From: Telmatocola sphagniphila | GTDB lineage: Bacteria; Planctomycetota; Planctomycetia; Gemmatales; Gemmataceae | DNA: 32,000 bases | Direction: 5' to 3' | Assembly (NCBI RefSeq): GCF_018398935.1 | Contig: NZ_CP074694.1 | Span: 2,760,001 to 2,792,000 of the forward strand | Part shown: one piece after another, positions 1-8,667 of the stretch | How the letters are laid out: every line of letters starts with the position of its first letter | Numbering within the stretch: position 1 is the stretch's first letter | Position numbers and translations under genes: made by a program | Notes under the pieces: generated by a model | Databases searched by the model: none | The model's input: the letters and a program-made list of their open reading frames with translations, nothing else | Told to the model about the DNA's origin: nothing

Positions 1-1648
1 TGACTTCCCCCTTGTCATCGGCGAGCGCTAACTTGGTACGGTCATTGGAAAACGCGAACGCCGTGAAGTTCTGATCGGCCGGCAGTTTGATCGAAACCGG
101 CTCTCCCCCTTTAATCAGGTCGAGAATTTTGATGACCGGCGGGCTGGCTGAATCCAGCACGGCCAAAGTACCATCGGTGAGCACTCGCACCTGCTTAGCG
201 GTCGTCTCCGGTGCGGGTTGTGGGTTGAATTGAACGCCCACGAGTTGGGTAGGTACTGTTTTGACCTCATCCTTTTTTGGAGGAGGCGTCTCTTTAGGAG
301 GAGCGACCGCAATTTCGTCTTTTTTCTTGGGCGAATCGGATTTCTCCTTCTCGTCCTTGTCGTTTTTGACTAACTCGGTCTTGTCCTTCGCCGGATCCGA
401 TTTCTTGCTGAGATCTTCCGCATTTTTCTTGTTCGTGAAGATAATCAAACTGACCACCAGCATTGCAATCGATACGAGTCCGCCGACGATCAGCGGCAGT
501 CGGGAGCCTTTGCGCTGCAGCGCCTCGCCCGGTTTGGCAGTGAGAGCCGCGAAAGCAGGAACGCTATCAGGGGCCGGTTTGGCCTGGGCCTGATTCCAAC
601 CCACATCGCCGGCCGCAACCGGCTTTGCAACAGCGGTGCTGAGCGCTTTGGTGGTTTCGGTCGACTTCTTCTGCAGCGAATAACCGAGCGTCTGGCTGGC
701 CTCCTTTTCCTGAATGGGGGTGAGGACCGCCGGCTTTTCTTCGGGGAGGATTAAATCGAGCCAGGGGGCTTTATCGAGGGGCTTGCGCGCGTTGATTACC
801 AGATTGGCGAGCAACGCGTTCAATGTCGGATCTTTGAAACTGGCCAGCTTCTTCAGCAGTGGACTTTTCGCGGGTTCCAGGAAATCCGATTCGCGAAAAA
901 GCAGGTTGTCGCCGTTGTCGAAGGCTTTCCAAAGTTCCTCGCCTCCGAGGATGGTTCCGCGCAGGGCCGTCGCTATAACCAGATGCGGGAAGCGATCGAC
1001 ATCGGGACCGAAGATGCGGTTGCTGGCCCGCAAGGGGTGCTGATAATTGGCATGCCCGACTTCACCCGAGTTTTTCCCGGCCAGACTGGGTATCCACATA
1101 CCGTCGTAATCGATCAATTTTAAACCGAGCTTAGCGGGAGTAAATCCCGGAACCAGCAGAACGTTGCCGTGCTGCAAGTCGGCATGGGCGATTTCGGAAT
1201 CTCGCAATCTCTTGGATAACCGGCACCAGACACCCAGGAGTGCCTGGAGAACGTGGGGCTTCTCGAGATTATCCCGAACGAATTCATTCAGGGTGAAGCC
1301 TTCCACCCATTCCATTTTGACGATCGGAAACCATTGGTTGCGTACCCGAATTCCCTCTTCCTGATACTGAAAGCCGACGGTGAATGGCAGATTCTGCTTC
1401 CGGAGATGTTCGTCGATCTGCGCGTATCTCTCGCGCAGGCCGGTGACTTTACGGGTAAAGCACTTGATGGCCCAAACCGAGCCGTCGCCCCCTCGGAGTT
1501 GATACACATCGGCGAAATTGCCCGAACGGGGCACCGGGATTCCCAAGGGACCAGCCGGGACCTCCCCCGCCTTCAGATCAGGGTCTGAAAAGCAGCTGGC
1601 GGGATTCTGGATCGCCTCATTGTAATCCTGGGACAAGGGCCAATTCAT
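1..1648 (-). CDS. Atypical Ser/Thr protein-kinase-like protein (TerY-P triad type) with one TM helix and a beta-propeller-like C-terminal region. It is partial: the C-terminus lies beyond the left window edge.
   Basis: This frame is open from the ATG at 1648 (AAGGA lies 10-14 nt upstream) to position 2, with no stop, which explains its absence from the ORF track. My translation starts MNWPLSQDYNEAIQNPASCF. Kinase-like motifs are VWAIKCF (beta3 Lys), HADLQHGN (catalytic loop, nt 1163-1186) and LIDYDG (DFG equivalent). The TM segment LPLIVGGLVSIAMLVVSLIIF maps to nt 437-499. It is followed by a K/D/E/P-rich linker and then strand-rich repeats (VRVLTDGTLAVLD, FAFSNDRTKLALADDKGEV). Confidence 0.75.
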   Translation of the reverse strand, partial: MNWPLSQDYNEAIQNPASCFSDPDLKAGEVPAGPLGIPVPRSGNFADVYQLRGGDGSVWAIKCFTRKVTGLRERYAQIDEHLRKQNLPFTVGFQYQEEGIRVRNQWFPIVKMEWVEGFTLNEFVRDNLEKPHVLQALLGVWCRLSKRLRDSEIAHADLQHGNVLLVPGFTPAKLGLKLIDYDGMWIPSLAGKNSGEVGHANYQHPLRASNRIFGPDVDRFPHLVIATALRGTILGGEELWKAFDNGDNLLFRESDFLEPAKSPLLKKLASFKDPTLNALLANLVINARKPLDKAPWLDLILPEEKPAVLTPIQEKEASQTLGYSLQKKSTETTKALSTAVAKPVAAGDVGWNQAQAKPAPDSVPAFAALTAKPGEALQRKGSRLPLIVGGLVSIAMLVVSLIIFTNKKNAEDLSKKSDPAKDKTELVKNDKDEKEKSDSPKKKDEIAVAPPKETPPPKKDEVKTVPTQLVGVQFNPQPAPETTAKQVRVLTDGTLAVLDSASPPVIKILDLIKGGEPVSIKLPADQNFTAFAFSNDRTKLALADDKGEV

Positions 1649-1782
1649 TATGGCACATCCTTCGCGGAATGCCGAGTCATGCGAACGCAGATTGCCCGGC
1701 GTTCCGAATCGGGAACACCAGGCAAAATTTGGACGCCGAGCCCGACAGGGCTAATTCGTTGCAGCGGCAGCATTTGAGACAT

Positions 1783-2541
1783 TCACTCTAAAGCATCGAT
1801 AACCAGCAAAGTAATATCGTCATTTTTCAAGGCGGCCGATTCTCGCTGCGTGGTTACCCAGGTCTCGAAAAACATTTCCGGTGTGGGGAGTGAGCGAATA
1901 TCATTAAGATCCAGCCAGGGTTTCTTTCCCGACTCCAACTCCGTCAGGAACCAGCAGGCTAATGCATCCGTCATCAAATAAAATATATCACCAGGCAGGA
2001 AGTTCGCCAAAAGGCGTTTTTCCATCGGAGTCTTTCCCGCACTGCGCGGCTTCGAACTCAACAAGGCCGGCCGTGAGCTAAATTCCGAGGCGGCTTGAAG
2101 TGGAAAAGCCTTTACAAGTTTATCATCTCGAACGTGGAATAAACAGGAATCTCCCACAGCAATCGCCTGATAAGTTCGTTCATTCGGCAGCAGGGTGAAT
2201 TCCAAACCGAGAAATGTGGCAAAGGCCCCATCGTGCAGTTTTTCTTCCGCGAACCAGGAAATATTCTCTGGAGAGGCGGGCACGCTGTTGGCCCAAAGCT
2301 TTTGCAGCGGCGGCAGCCAATCCGCCCAGCCGTTGGGTGCCTGCAATAAAGAATTTTCGATGAAACCGAAGGTCAGCTTGTTGGCCCACTCGCCGGAGTA
2401 AGAACTCTCCGAGGCTCCGTCCGCGATTGCGAATCGGCAGACGGACAGGTCCGCCGCGGCGGAATCCTCATACTCGGCAAGTGAATGTCCCTTCTTTGGC
2501 TGCGAAAAGCTACTCCACCGGAATGGCTTCTGGCTCGTCAT
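1783..2541 (-). CDS. PP2C-family protein phosphatase
   Basis: This is a 252-aa ORF with an ATG start and GAAGG upstream. PP2C-type motifs occur in the expected order: FAIADGASE (metal-binding Asp-Gly), AIAVGDSCLFHV, FYLMTDALACW and the C-terminal NDDITLLVI. Confidence 0.8.
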   Translation of the reverse strand: MTSQKPFRWSSFSQPKKGHSLAEYEDSAAADLSVCRFAIADGASESSYSGEWANKLTFGFIENSLLQAPNGWADWLPPLQKLWANSVPASPENISWFAEEKLHDGAFATFLGLEFTLLPNERTYQAIAVGDSCLFHVRDDKLVKAFPLQAASEFSSRPALLSSKPRSAGKTPMEKRLLANFLPGDIFYLMTDALACWFLTELESGKKPWLDLNDIRSLPTPEMFFETWVTTQRESAALKNDDITLLVIDALE

Positions 2542-2570
2542 CCTTCATCCTTCAAGTTGGAATGCCAACA

Positions 2571-2591
2571 ATTGGCCATTGGCCATTGGCC
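2571..2591. repeat. Perfect heptanucleotide tandem repeat, ATTGGCC x3 (GGCCAAT x3 on the transcribed strand)
   Basis: Read directly from caATTGGCCATTGGCCATTGGCCgc. It lies in the 99-bp gap between the vWA and PP2C genes, 30-50 nt upstream of the PP2C start codon. Confidence 0.9.
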
Positions 2592-2640
2592 GCATAGTGA
2601 GCTAAACGGCGAACCCGGCGGGTGGTTTCGGTAATTCTTT

Positions 2641-3480
2641 TTAGCGAACGTGAGAAGCCACGCGCGTCCCGATTTCCAGAAATCTTACCAGGGCCACCAG
2701 GTCCGCATTGAACATGAAACCCCGGCTGTTCGGATTCACAGCAAAGCCTTCTTCCTCCGCCGCCAATCGCAATTTATCTGGCAGAACGCTCGACATTCGA
2801 AGCAGAACCTTGGCGTAGATGTCGGGAAGGCGGTTATCGTCGGAAGGAAAGGAAACCGGGACCGTTTCCTGCTCCGAAATGTGGGCGTTAAATAGTAAAA
2901 CCTGCCCGTCGGTGCTGGATAGAGCTCGGATTTCCGAAGCGATTTGCATCGGGTTGGCGTCCGAGGGCTGGCCATCGGTGAGATTGATGATCAAAGGCGG
3001 AAAGCATTTTGGAAAACGGAGGAGGAATCCCCCGATGACCTGCTTGGCCAGTTCCAGAGCCCCGTACATGGCCGTCTTGCCCTCGGCCACCGGTTCGAAC
3101 CAGATTGGGAAGCGATAACTCTGCTCCGTAAATCCCCCTGCCCCATCATCCACCAGTCGCTTGCGCTGTTCGACGCGCATCGGCGAGGTTGCCACCGCGC
3201 TGATCGGATGGAGGACCTTATTTTCCGAGACGTTCTTGAGGAGCGGGGTCACTGTATCGCCGTAACCGATCACCCCGATGTGAAAGTAATCGCGGACGCC
3301 ATCCGCTTTGGCGCACTTCAGAACCAGGTTCTGCAAAACGCGATTGATAGCATCCGCGACACCTTCTGATTTTTTCTTCCCTTGCTGACCTCCAAAAGGG
3401 CCTTCCATCGAACTGGATTGATCGATGAGAAATAAAATGCAGGTCGGATTGGTGCGGCTGATTTCAGCTGTATATGGCAT
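2641..3480 (-). CDS. von Willebrand factor A (vWA) domain protein, TerY-like
   Basis: This is a 279-aa ORF. The N-terminal beta-strand plus MIDAS motif reads ILFLIDQSSSM (DxSxS, nt 3409-3423). Later vWA elements are HIGVIGYGDTV and LIINLTDGQPSD. There is no signal peptide or TM segment. Confidence 0.85.
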   Translation of the reverse strand: MPYTAEISRTNPTCILFLIDQSSSMEGPFGGQQGKKKSEGVADAINRVLQNLVLKCAKADGVRDYFHIGVIGYGDTVTPLLKNVSENKVLHPISAVATSPMRVEQRKRLVDDGAGGFTEQSYRFPIWFEPVAEGKTAMYGALELAKQVIGGFLLRFPKCFPPLIINLTDGQPSDANPMQIASEIRALSSTDGQVLLFNAHISEQETVPVSFPSDDNRLPDIYAKVLLRMSSVLPDKLRLAAEEEGFAVNPNSRGFMFNADLVALVRFLEIGTRVASHVR

Positions 3481-3517
3481 GGCTATCCGTGGAATTTAGC
3501 GAGTCGGACCCGAGTAC

Positions 3518-6500
3518 TTACTCTTTAGGCATCGGTTTTATCGTACCGCTGAACGTAATCGATTTCAGCAAGATTCCTTCCGGAGCAATATTCCCGCCCG
3601 GCTGAATCACAATCGGAGTTGGGGGGCTCTTGTCCGCCTGAAGGAGAATCGTTCCGGAGGAGGGGATCGCGGACTTGTTCACAGATCCCTGACAGGAATA
3701 ACTGAGCTTCGTTCCCTTCCGATCCAAGGTGTAGACGATACTGCTCTTGGGTGCCGTACCCGGAAAGGCAATTTCTTCGCCGAGCACCTGGATTCGCAAT
3801 CCCGCAGCCCCGGGAATGGCGGTGATGTGAATCCTCCAGCTGTCCTCTACCAGAAAACGGGTCGTGATTGCCGCATCGTTCTTCGTGAAGCGCACGCCGT
3901 CCGTTTCGAGTCGGGAGCCGCCGGAATTCGTCAGGTTCGCAGAGAAGTTCTTTTCGTTGCCAATCAGCTGAGCATTGGAACGCACCAGGTTTGTCTCGGT
4001 CGCCGTGGCTGGAGTAGTAGTTGTGGTTGCCGGCGTCTTCGGGGCATTTTTAGTGGAATTGGCGTCCAGGCGCCGGGCCAGTTCGGTGGCCTGAGTATTT
4101 TTGCTGAGAAGTTCGATTTTATCGGCGGCCCCGACCTGACCGCTTTCGAGGGCCTTCAAATACCAATGTTTAGCACGCAACCAGCAACTGGCTTTAGCCG
4201 AATCGTTGGCAACCTCGGGTGAAATCCCCAAAGCCCACCAGGCATTTCCCAATTCGATCTGATCTCGAAACTCGGTCGGATTCTTCAGATCCTGGCTGGC
4301 AAGCTTTTTGAGCGATTCCATATCTCCCTGAGAGAGATGAGAAAGAGCTTCGGCATAATTCCGTTTCCGAAGCAGCAGGTATTTTCCGAGAATCGCATGG
4401 GAGGAAGCATCGTTCGAATTCGATTCCAGCTTCTTGCGGGCTTCGACGGCCTGCCCCTCTTCGAGCAGATTGGACTTCAAACGCCCTTTCAATTTTTCAA
4501 TGGAATTGACGACTTCTTCCGCAGTGGAGAATTTCGCCAGCCGTTCGACCACGGGCAGTAATCGCACGATGCAATCGTAACGCTGCGCTTTCTCGGCTTC
4601 ATCGAGAAATGACATGCACCGGACAGTAAACGGAGGCAATAGCCCATTAGGAATGTTTTTGGCGATCTCCTCCAGGATATTGGTCCACTCTTCAAAACTG
4701 TCGATCTGGAACCAGCGCGAATGGCTGGCAACGACTTTGAACGCTTTGTCGAAATCGAGTAATTTCACATACTGTTTGCGCGCCGCGGTGAAGTAGATGA
4801 ACCGAGACTCGGGAGCTTGAGCTACAGATTCCGCGAGTTTCGCAAAGCGGTCCCCACTACTGGTTATCACTTCGGTTTTTTCCGAATCCAGTAACGCGGC
4901 TTCTTTTTGCTTGAACTCCTGCCAGAGCGATTTGAGCGTATTGAAATCCGGCACCGGGAGAGGTTGCGGAGGCAACAGAGCCATCTCCAGATTCCCAACC
5001 GGGGGAACATCGCCTGCCTCGGCAGCTTGCAGCCTAACGATTTGTGTCTTTCCCTCGCTCAGCGCAACTGCAACCAGATCCCCACTGGAAGTCGAGTCGA
5101 GACTATAGGGTTTCGCTTCGAGAGTTGTGGGTGTGCCATCGAATTTTTTCAAAGGGTACGTGGTCGAGATTAAGCCCCGCTCCAGAGAGCAGGCCAATAA
5201 GGATTTATCCGATGGCATCTGACGGAAGGCGGTGAGGGTATCCTTACCGCCGGACAGCGACTCGAGTTTCTGGTCACTTACCGGGTTCCAGACGGTAAGT
5301 TCGTTATCGTCTCCCAGAGAAATCAACTTACCGCCATCATGGGAGAATGCTAGCTGGGTGATACTCTTACCCTTGGCACTCCCCTTCCACTTATTCAGTT
5401 TCTTGTAGGTCTTCGCATCGATGCGCTGGATAGAGCCATCACTCATCCCGACGGCTAAGATCGAATCGTCCGGAGTGACGGCCAAAGATGTTACGGCTCC
5501 CGTGCTAGCCAGATTCACGGATTTAATCGGCTCCTTGTTGCCCAACTTCCAGAAATCCACATCGCCGGCCGTGTTGCCGGTGAAGAGGATTTGTTCGTCG
5601 GAGGAAATGGCGAGTGCGCGAACACCTCCTCGAAGGTTCACCAACCGTTGGGTGGTATCTCCCGATTCGAGTTGAATCACGAAAATCGTCCCGCCATCAG
5701 TCACGGCAATCGATTTCCCGGAAGGGAACATCAACAGGCCCCGAGCGGGACTTTCCAATTTGACGAGTTTTTTAGCATCCGTGAAATCGGGTCGGTGCAA
5801 GAGCACTAACTGATCGTCGCCAGTGGTCACCAGAGCAGAACCATCTTTTCGCAATACTGAAAAGCGCACGGCCTCCTGATGGCCTTTGAGGATACCTGAC
5901 TGAAAAACCGGTTTTTTGACAGTGTTGGCGAGGAGTCCTTTCGGGTCTTCCTTCTTGATTTCTTTAGGGGGAACCTCAACGGGCTTGGCAATATCCGAAG
6001 CCGCATCCGTTTTAACCGGTGGGGTGATGCCGGACTTGGGTGTCAAAACCTCTTTTTCTGAGTCCTTTTTTTCTAACTGAGTCGCGACTTTTGTTTCTTC
6101 GACGCCCTTCCCGGCGATTTGCGTGAAGTAGTAAGCAGCGCCTCCACCGCCCGCCAACAGCAGGATTCCGAAAACCCACTTCAAAGCCCCGCCCTGTTTT
6201 CGGGGGCTTTTTCGCTTCTTCATCGTGAATTCATCGAACCCGGCGGCAACCACCAAACTCGGTTTGACCGGCGATGCGGGGGGAGTTGCTGCAGGAAGAG
6301 GCGTGGCTGACACGTGCCCTGGAGATACGGGTATCTCCTGTTTCCACCAGTCCACCTTCTTGGCTTTGGGCTGCGCGGGTTCCACGGGGGCATCATCCCA
6401 CCAAGCCGACGGATCGTTGGTGGCCCGAGTCGATTCATCCGCCAGATCCAGGGGTTCCACATCCGAACCTTCGTCTTCCGAGGCGGCTTTAGTGGAGTTG

Positions 6501-6778
6501 GATTGATGCAGGTACCCTTTTGGATTATTTTCGTACTGTTCCCGCTTGGCCGGATTGCTCAGAATATCTCGGGCTTCCTGAATTTCCTTAACGATTTTGG
6601 CATACAGCTGGGCATGCGGGCCCTTTTTATGTTGGCTGATTTGGAGAATCCGTAGCATGCAGGCGTCTGAAATTGCTTCCGGATCTCGTTCGCTGGACGA
6701 AATTCCCAGAAGGGCATACAGCGAAGGCGGACGCTGTACTTTCGAAATACTCAACCAGTCGTGATAAGGATCGAACAC
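3518..6778 (-). CDS. Large single-pass membrane protein with an N-terminal J-like domain (no HPD), a TM helix, WD40 beta-propeller repeats, a Sel1/TPR-like helical region and a C-terminal beta-rich domain
   Basis: This is a 1086-aa ORF with a GTG start at 6778. The N-terminus FDPYHDWLSISKVQRPPSLYALLGIS...ARDILSNPAKREQYEN resembles a J domain, but QHKKGPH sits where HPD is expected. The TM segment ALKWVFGILLLAGGGGAAYYFTQI maps to about nt 6116-6187. WD40-like repeats follow (GHQEAVRFSVLRKDGSALVTTGDDQLVLL, VTSLAVTPDDSILAVGMSDGSIQ, ITQLAFSHDGGKLISLGDDNELTVW). Sel1-like elements follow them (GNAWWALG, AKHWYLKALESG), then a poly-Thr linker and a beta-rich tail. Confidence 0.8.
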   Translation of the reverse strand: MFDPYHDWLSISKVQRPPSLYALLGISSSERDPEAISDACMLRILQISQHKKGPHAQLYAKIVKEIQEARDILSNPAKREQYENNPKGYLHQSNSTKAASEDEGSDVEPLDLADESTRATNDPSAWWDDAPVEPAQPKAKKVDWWKQEIPVSPGHVSATPLPAATPPASPVKPSLVVAAGFDEFTMKKRKSPRKQGGALKWVFGILLLAGGGGAAYYFTQIAGKGVEETKVATQLEKKDSEKEVLTPKSGITPPVKTDAASDIAKPVEVPPKEIKKEDPKGLLANTVKKPVFQSGILKGHQEAVRFSVLRKDGSALVTTGDDQLVLLHRPDFTDAKKLVKLESPARGLLMFPSGKSIAVTDGGTIFVIQLESGDTTQRLVNLRGGVRALAISSDEQILFTGNTAGDVDFWKLGNKEPIKSVNLASTGAVTSLAVTPDDSILAVGMSDGSIQRIDAKTYKKLNKWKGSAKGKSITQLAFSHDGGKLISLGDDNELTVWNPVSDQKLESLSGGKDTLTAFRQMPSDKSLLACSLERGLISTTYPLKKFDGTPTTLEAKPYSLDSTSSGDLVAVALSEGKTQIVRLQAAEAGDVPPVGNLEMALLPPQPLPVPDFNTLKSLWQEFKQKEAALLDSEKTEVITSSGDRFAKLAESVAQAPESRFIYFTAARKQYVKLLDFDKAFKVVASHSRWFQIDSFEEWTNILEEIAKNIPNGLLPPFTVRCMSFLDEAEKAQRYDCIVRLLPVVERLAKFSTAEEVVNSIEKLKGRLKSNLLEEGQAVEARKKLESNSNDASSHAILGKYLLLRKRNYAEALSHLSQGDMESLKKLASQDLKNPTEFRDQIELGNAWWALGISPEVANDSAKASCWLRAKHWYLKALESGQVGAADKIELLSKNTQATELARRLDANSTKNAPKTPATTTTTPATATETNLVRSNAQLIGNEKNFSANLTNSGGSRLETDGVRFTKNDAAITTRFLVEDSWRIHITAIPGAAGLRIQVLGEEIAFPGTAPKSSIVYTLDRKGTKLSYSCQGSVNKSAIPSSGTILLQADKSPPTPIVIQPGGNIAPEGILLKSITFSGTIKPMPKE

Positions 6779-7004
6779 CCTTCGTCCCCTGAAAAACTAA
6801 GCGTAATTCGCAACATTTTAAGGATAACTCAAGCCAGGCTTCGCGCAAAGCGAATTGATGGGAAGTTTCCGGGAAGGCCCGCGCATCCTACTTTTTTACC
6901 CAATTGCTGCTTTAATTAGTAGACGCGGATAAAGCGGAATTCGTTCTCGAAATCGGCACAGATAAGGCTAAAGCGAGATTTTTTCGTACCCAGGCGAATC
7001 CCCA

Positions 7005-7661
7005 ATGCTCGACGAGATGTTTACATTCGGTATTTTCAGTTACGTTTCCCTATTTGTCATGGTCGATCCCATTGGAAATCTTCCCATTTTTCTGGGAATG
7101 ACCAATAAGTTGAATCCCCATCAGCAAAATGGCGTAGCCCTGAGAGCCACTCTGATTTCGTATCTGATTCTGATAGCCATTGCTTTCACCGGACAGGCTA
7201 TCTTTCGCTTCTTCGACATTCGCATCGAAGAACTCAAAATCGTTGGCGGGATTATCTTCTTCATCGTCGGCTACGAAATGTTGCATGCCCGCCTCTCCCG
7301 CACCAATATCGACGAGGAAAGCACCCACGACTACGCCCACGACATCGCTCTAACCCCCTTGGGAATCCCCATGCTTTGCGGCCCGGGGGCGATGGCCAAC
7401 ACAATGGTTTTGTGGAATCTCGCCGACTCGATTCCCAAAAAAATGACGGTCATCATTACCCTGACGCTCGTTATGGTCACCACCCTGATCATCTTGCTGG
7501 GCGGTAAAAGACTGACGAAATTTCTCGGCGAGAGTGGCAACAAGGTCATGCTGCGGCTCATGGGTCTGATAACCATGGTGATAGCCGTGCACTTTTTCTT
7601 CGATGGGCTCAAGCCTATTCTCCGGGATATCCTGAACATCCCTGAAAAGGCTGCTGGTTGA
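7005..7661 (+). CDS. MarC family (UPF0056) integral membrane protein
   Basis: This 218-aa polytopic ORF has the family-typical N-terminus FVMVDPIGNLPIFLGMT and about six hydrophobic segments. Confidence 0.85.
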   Translation: MLDEMFTFGIFSYVSLFVMVDPIGNLPIFLGMTNKLNPHQQNGVALRATLISYLILIAIAFTGQAIFRFFDIRIEELKIVGGIIFFIVGYEMLHARLSRTNIDEESTHDYAHDIALTPLGIPMLCGPGAMANTMVLWNLADSIPKKMTVIITLTLVMVTTLIILLGGKRLTKFLGESGNKVMLRLMGLITMVIAVHFFFDGLKPILRDILNIPEKAAG

Positions 7662-7760
7662 AGCCGTCGGCGATTCCGAGCAAGGCTAACTTTCGGTTCG
7701 AAAAGCCTTTAGGATTCCTAAGATAAACGACAGTCAACACCAGCGACGCTGAGGAATCCC

Positions 7761-8606
7761 ATGCGTTTTCTGATTCTGGGTAACGAAAAGAAACTTCAGG
7801 TTCGCGAGCAGGCGGAATTACTGGCTCGAGAAATCCCGGCGGCCGGGGGGCAGGTGGTGCTGATCGATCTCAATTCCGAAAGTAATCTCGAACATGTCGA
7901 AGCGGATGTGGCCTTAGTTCTTGGCGGCGACGGGGCAATTCTTCGAGCTTCCCGGCAGATGAACACCCACCAGATCCCTGTTCTGGGAATCAATTATGGT
8001 CGGCTGGGGTTTCTGGCCGACTTGTCCACCGATGAAGTTCTGCCGCAATTGAAGTCAGTCGTCGAAGGCAGATTCCGACTTTGCAAACATCTGATGTTCG
8101 AATGCGAAATCGAAGGTAACGGTAAATTTCACAAATATTTAGGATTGAACGAAGTCGTCATCCGAAGTTCGCCGCCATTTCATATGGTCGATTTATCTTT
8201 GTCCATCGATGGCGAAGAGGTCTCCCGTTTCCTCGGTGACGGTATCATTGTCAGCACACCCATCGGTTCGACCGCCTACTCCCTCGCGGCGGGCGGTCCG
8301 ATCCTAAGCCAGGAACTACCCGTATTCGTAATCACTCAAATGTGCGGACACACATTAACATATCGTCCTCTGGTAGACTCCGCACAAAAAACATATTCGA
8401 TACGATTGGAAGCAACGGATGGAGCCTGCGTTGTGATCGACGGGCAGGAATTGATAGAACTGGCTTCTCTCCAGACCGTCACGGTTCGCAAGTCGGCCGT
8501 GGAGTTCCAGACGATTAAGGTCGGGTCTAAGACTTATTATCGTACCCTGCGAGACAAGTTGAACTGGGGGACGACTCCCAATTACCGCGGGAATAAGCTT
8601 TCATGA
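7761..8606 (+). CDS. nadK: NAD(+) kinase
   Basis: Motifs are LVLGGDGAILRASR (GGDG), GINYGRLGFLAD and DGIIVSTPIGSTAYSLAAGGPI. The length (281 aa) is typical. Confidence 0.9.
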   Translation: MRFLILGNEKKLQVREQAELLAREIPAAGGQVVLIDLNSESNLEHVEADVALVLGGDGAILRASRQMNTHQIPVLGINYGRLGFLADLSTDEVLPQLKSVVEGRFRLCKHLMFECEIEGNGKFHKYLGLNEVVIRSSPPFHMVDLSLSIDGEEVSRFLGDGIIVSTPIGSTAYSLAAGGPILSQELPVFVITQMCGHTLTYRPLVDSAQKTYSIRLEATDGACVVIDGQELIELASLQTVTVRKSAVEFQTIKVGSKTYYRTLRDKLNWGTTPNYRGNKLS

Positions 8607-8667
8607 TCTCGCGAACTCCCCCGCTCCTCGCTCCGTAATAAACGAAAACTCGGGATACTGCATAAAC

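Noticed and set aside
6847-6980. Three AAAGCG(A/G)(A/G)ATT-like motifs upstream of the MarC-family gene
   Set aside because: The motif is short and degenerate, the spacing is irregular (about 84 and 39 bp), and I cannot exclude chance without a conservation check.
7682-7759. Hairpin AAGGCT...AGCCTT after the MarC-family gene, and a 7-bp inverted repeat (GGATTCC/GGAATCC) spanning the nadK ribosome-binding site
   Set aside because: The stems are short, the loops are long (16 and 34 nt) and there is no U-tract. This is too weak to call a terminator or a translational switch.
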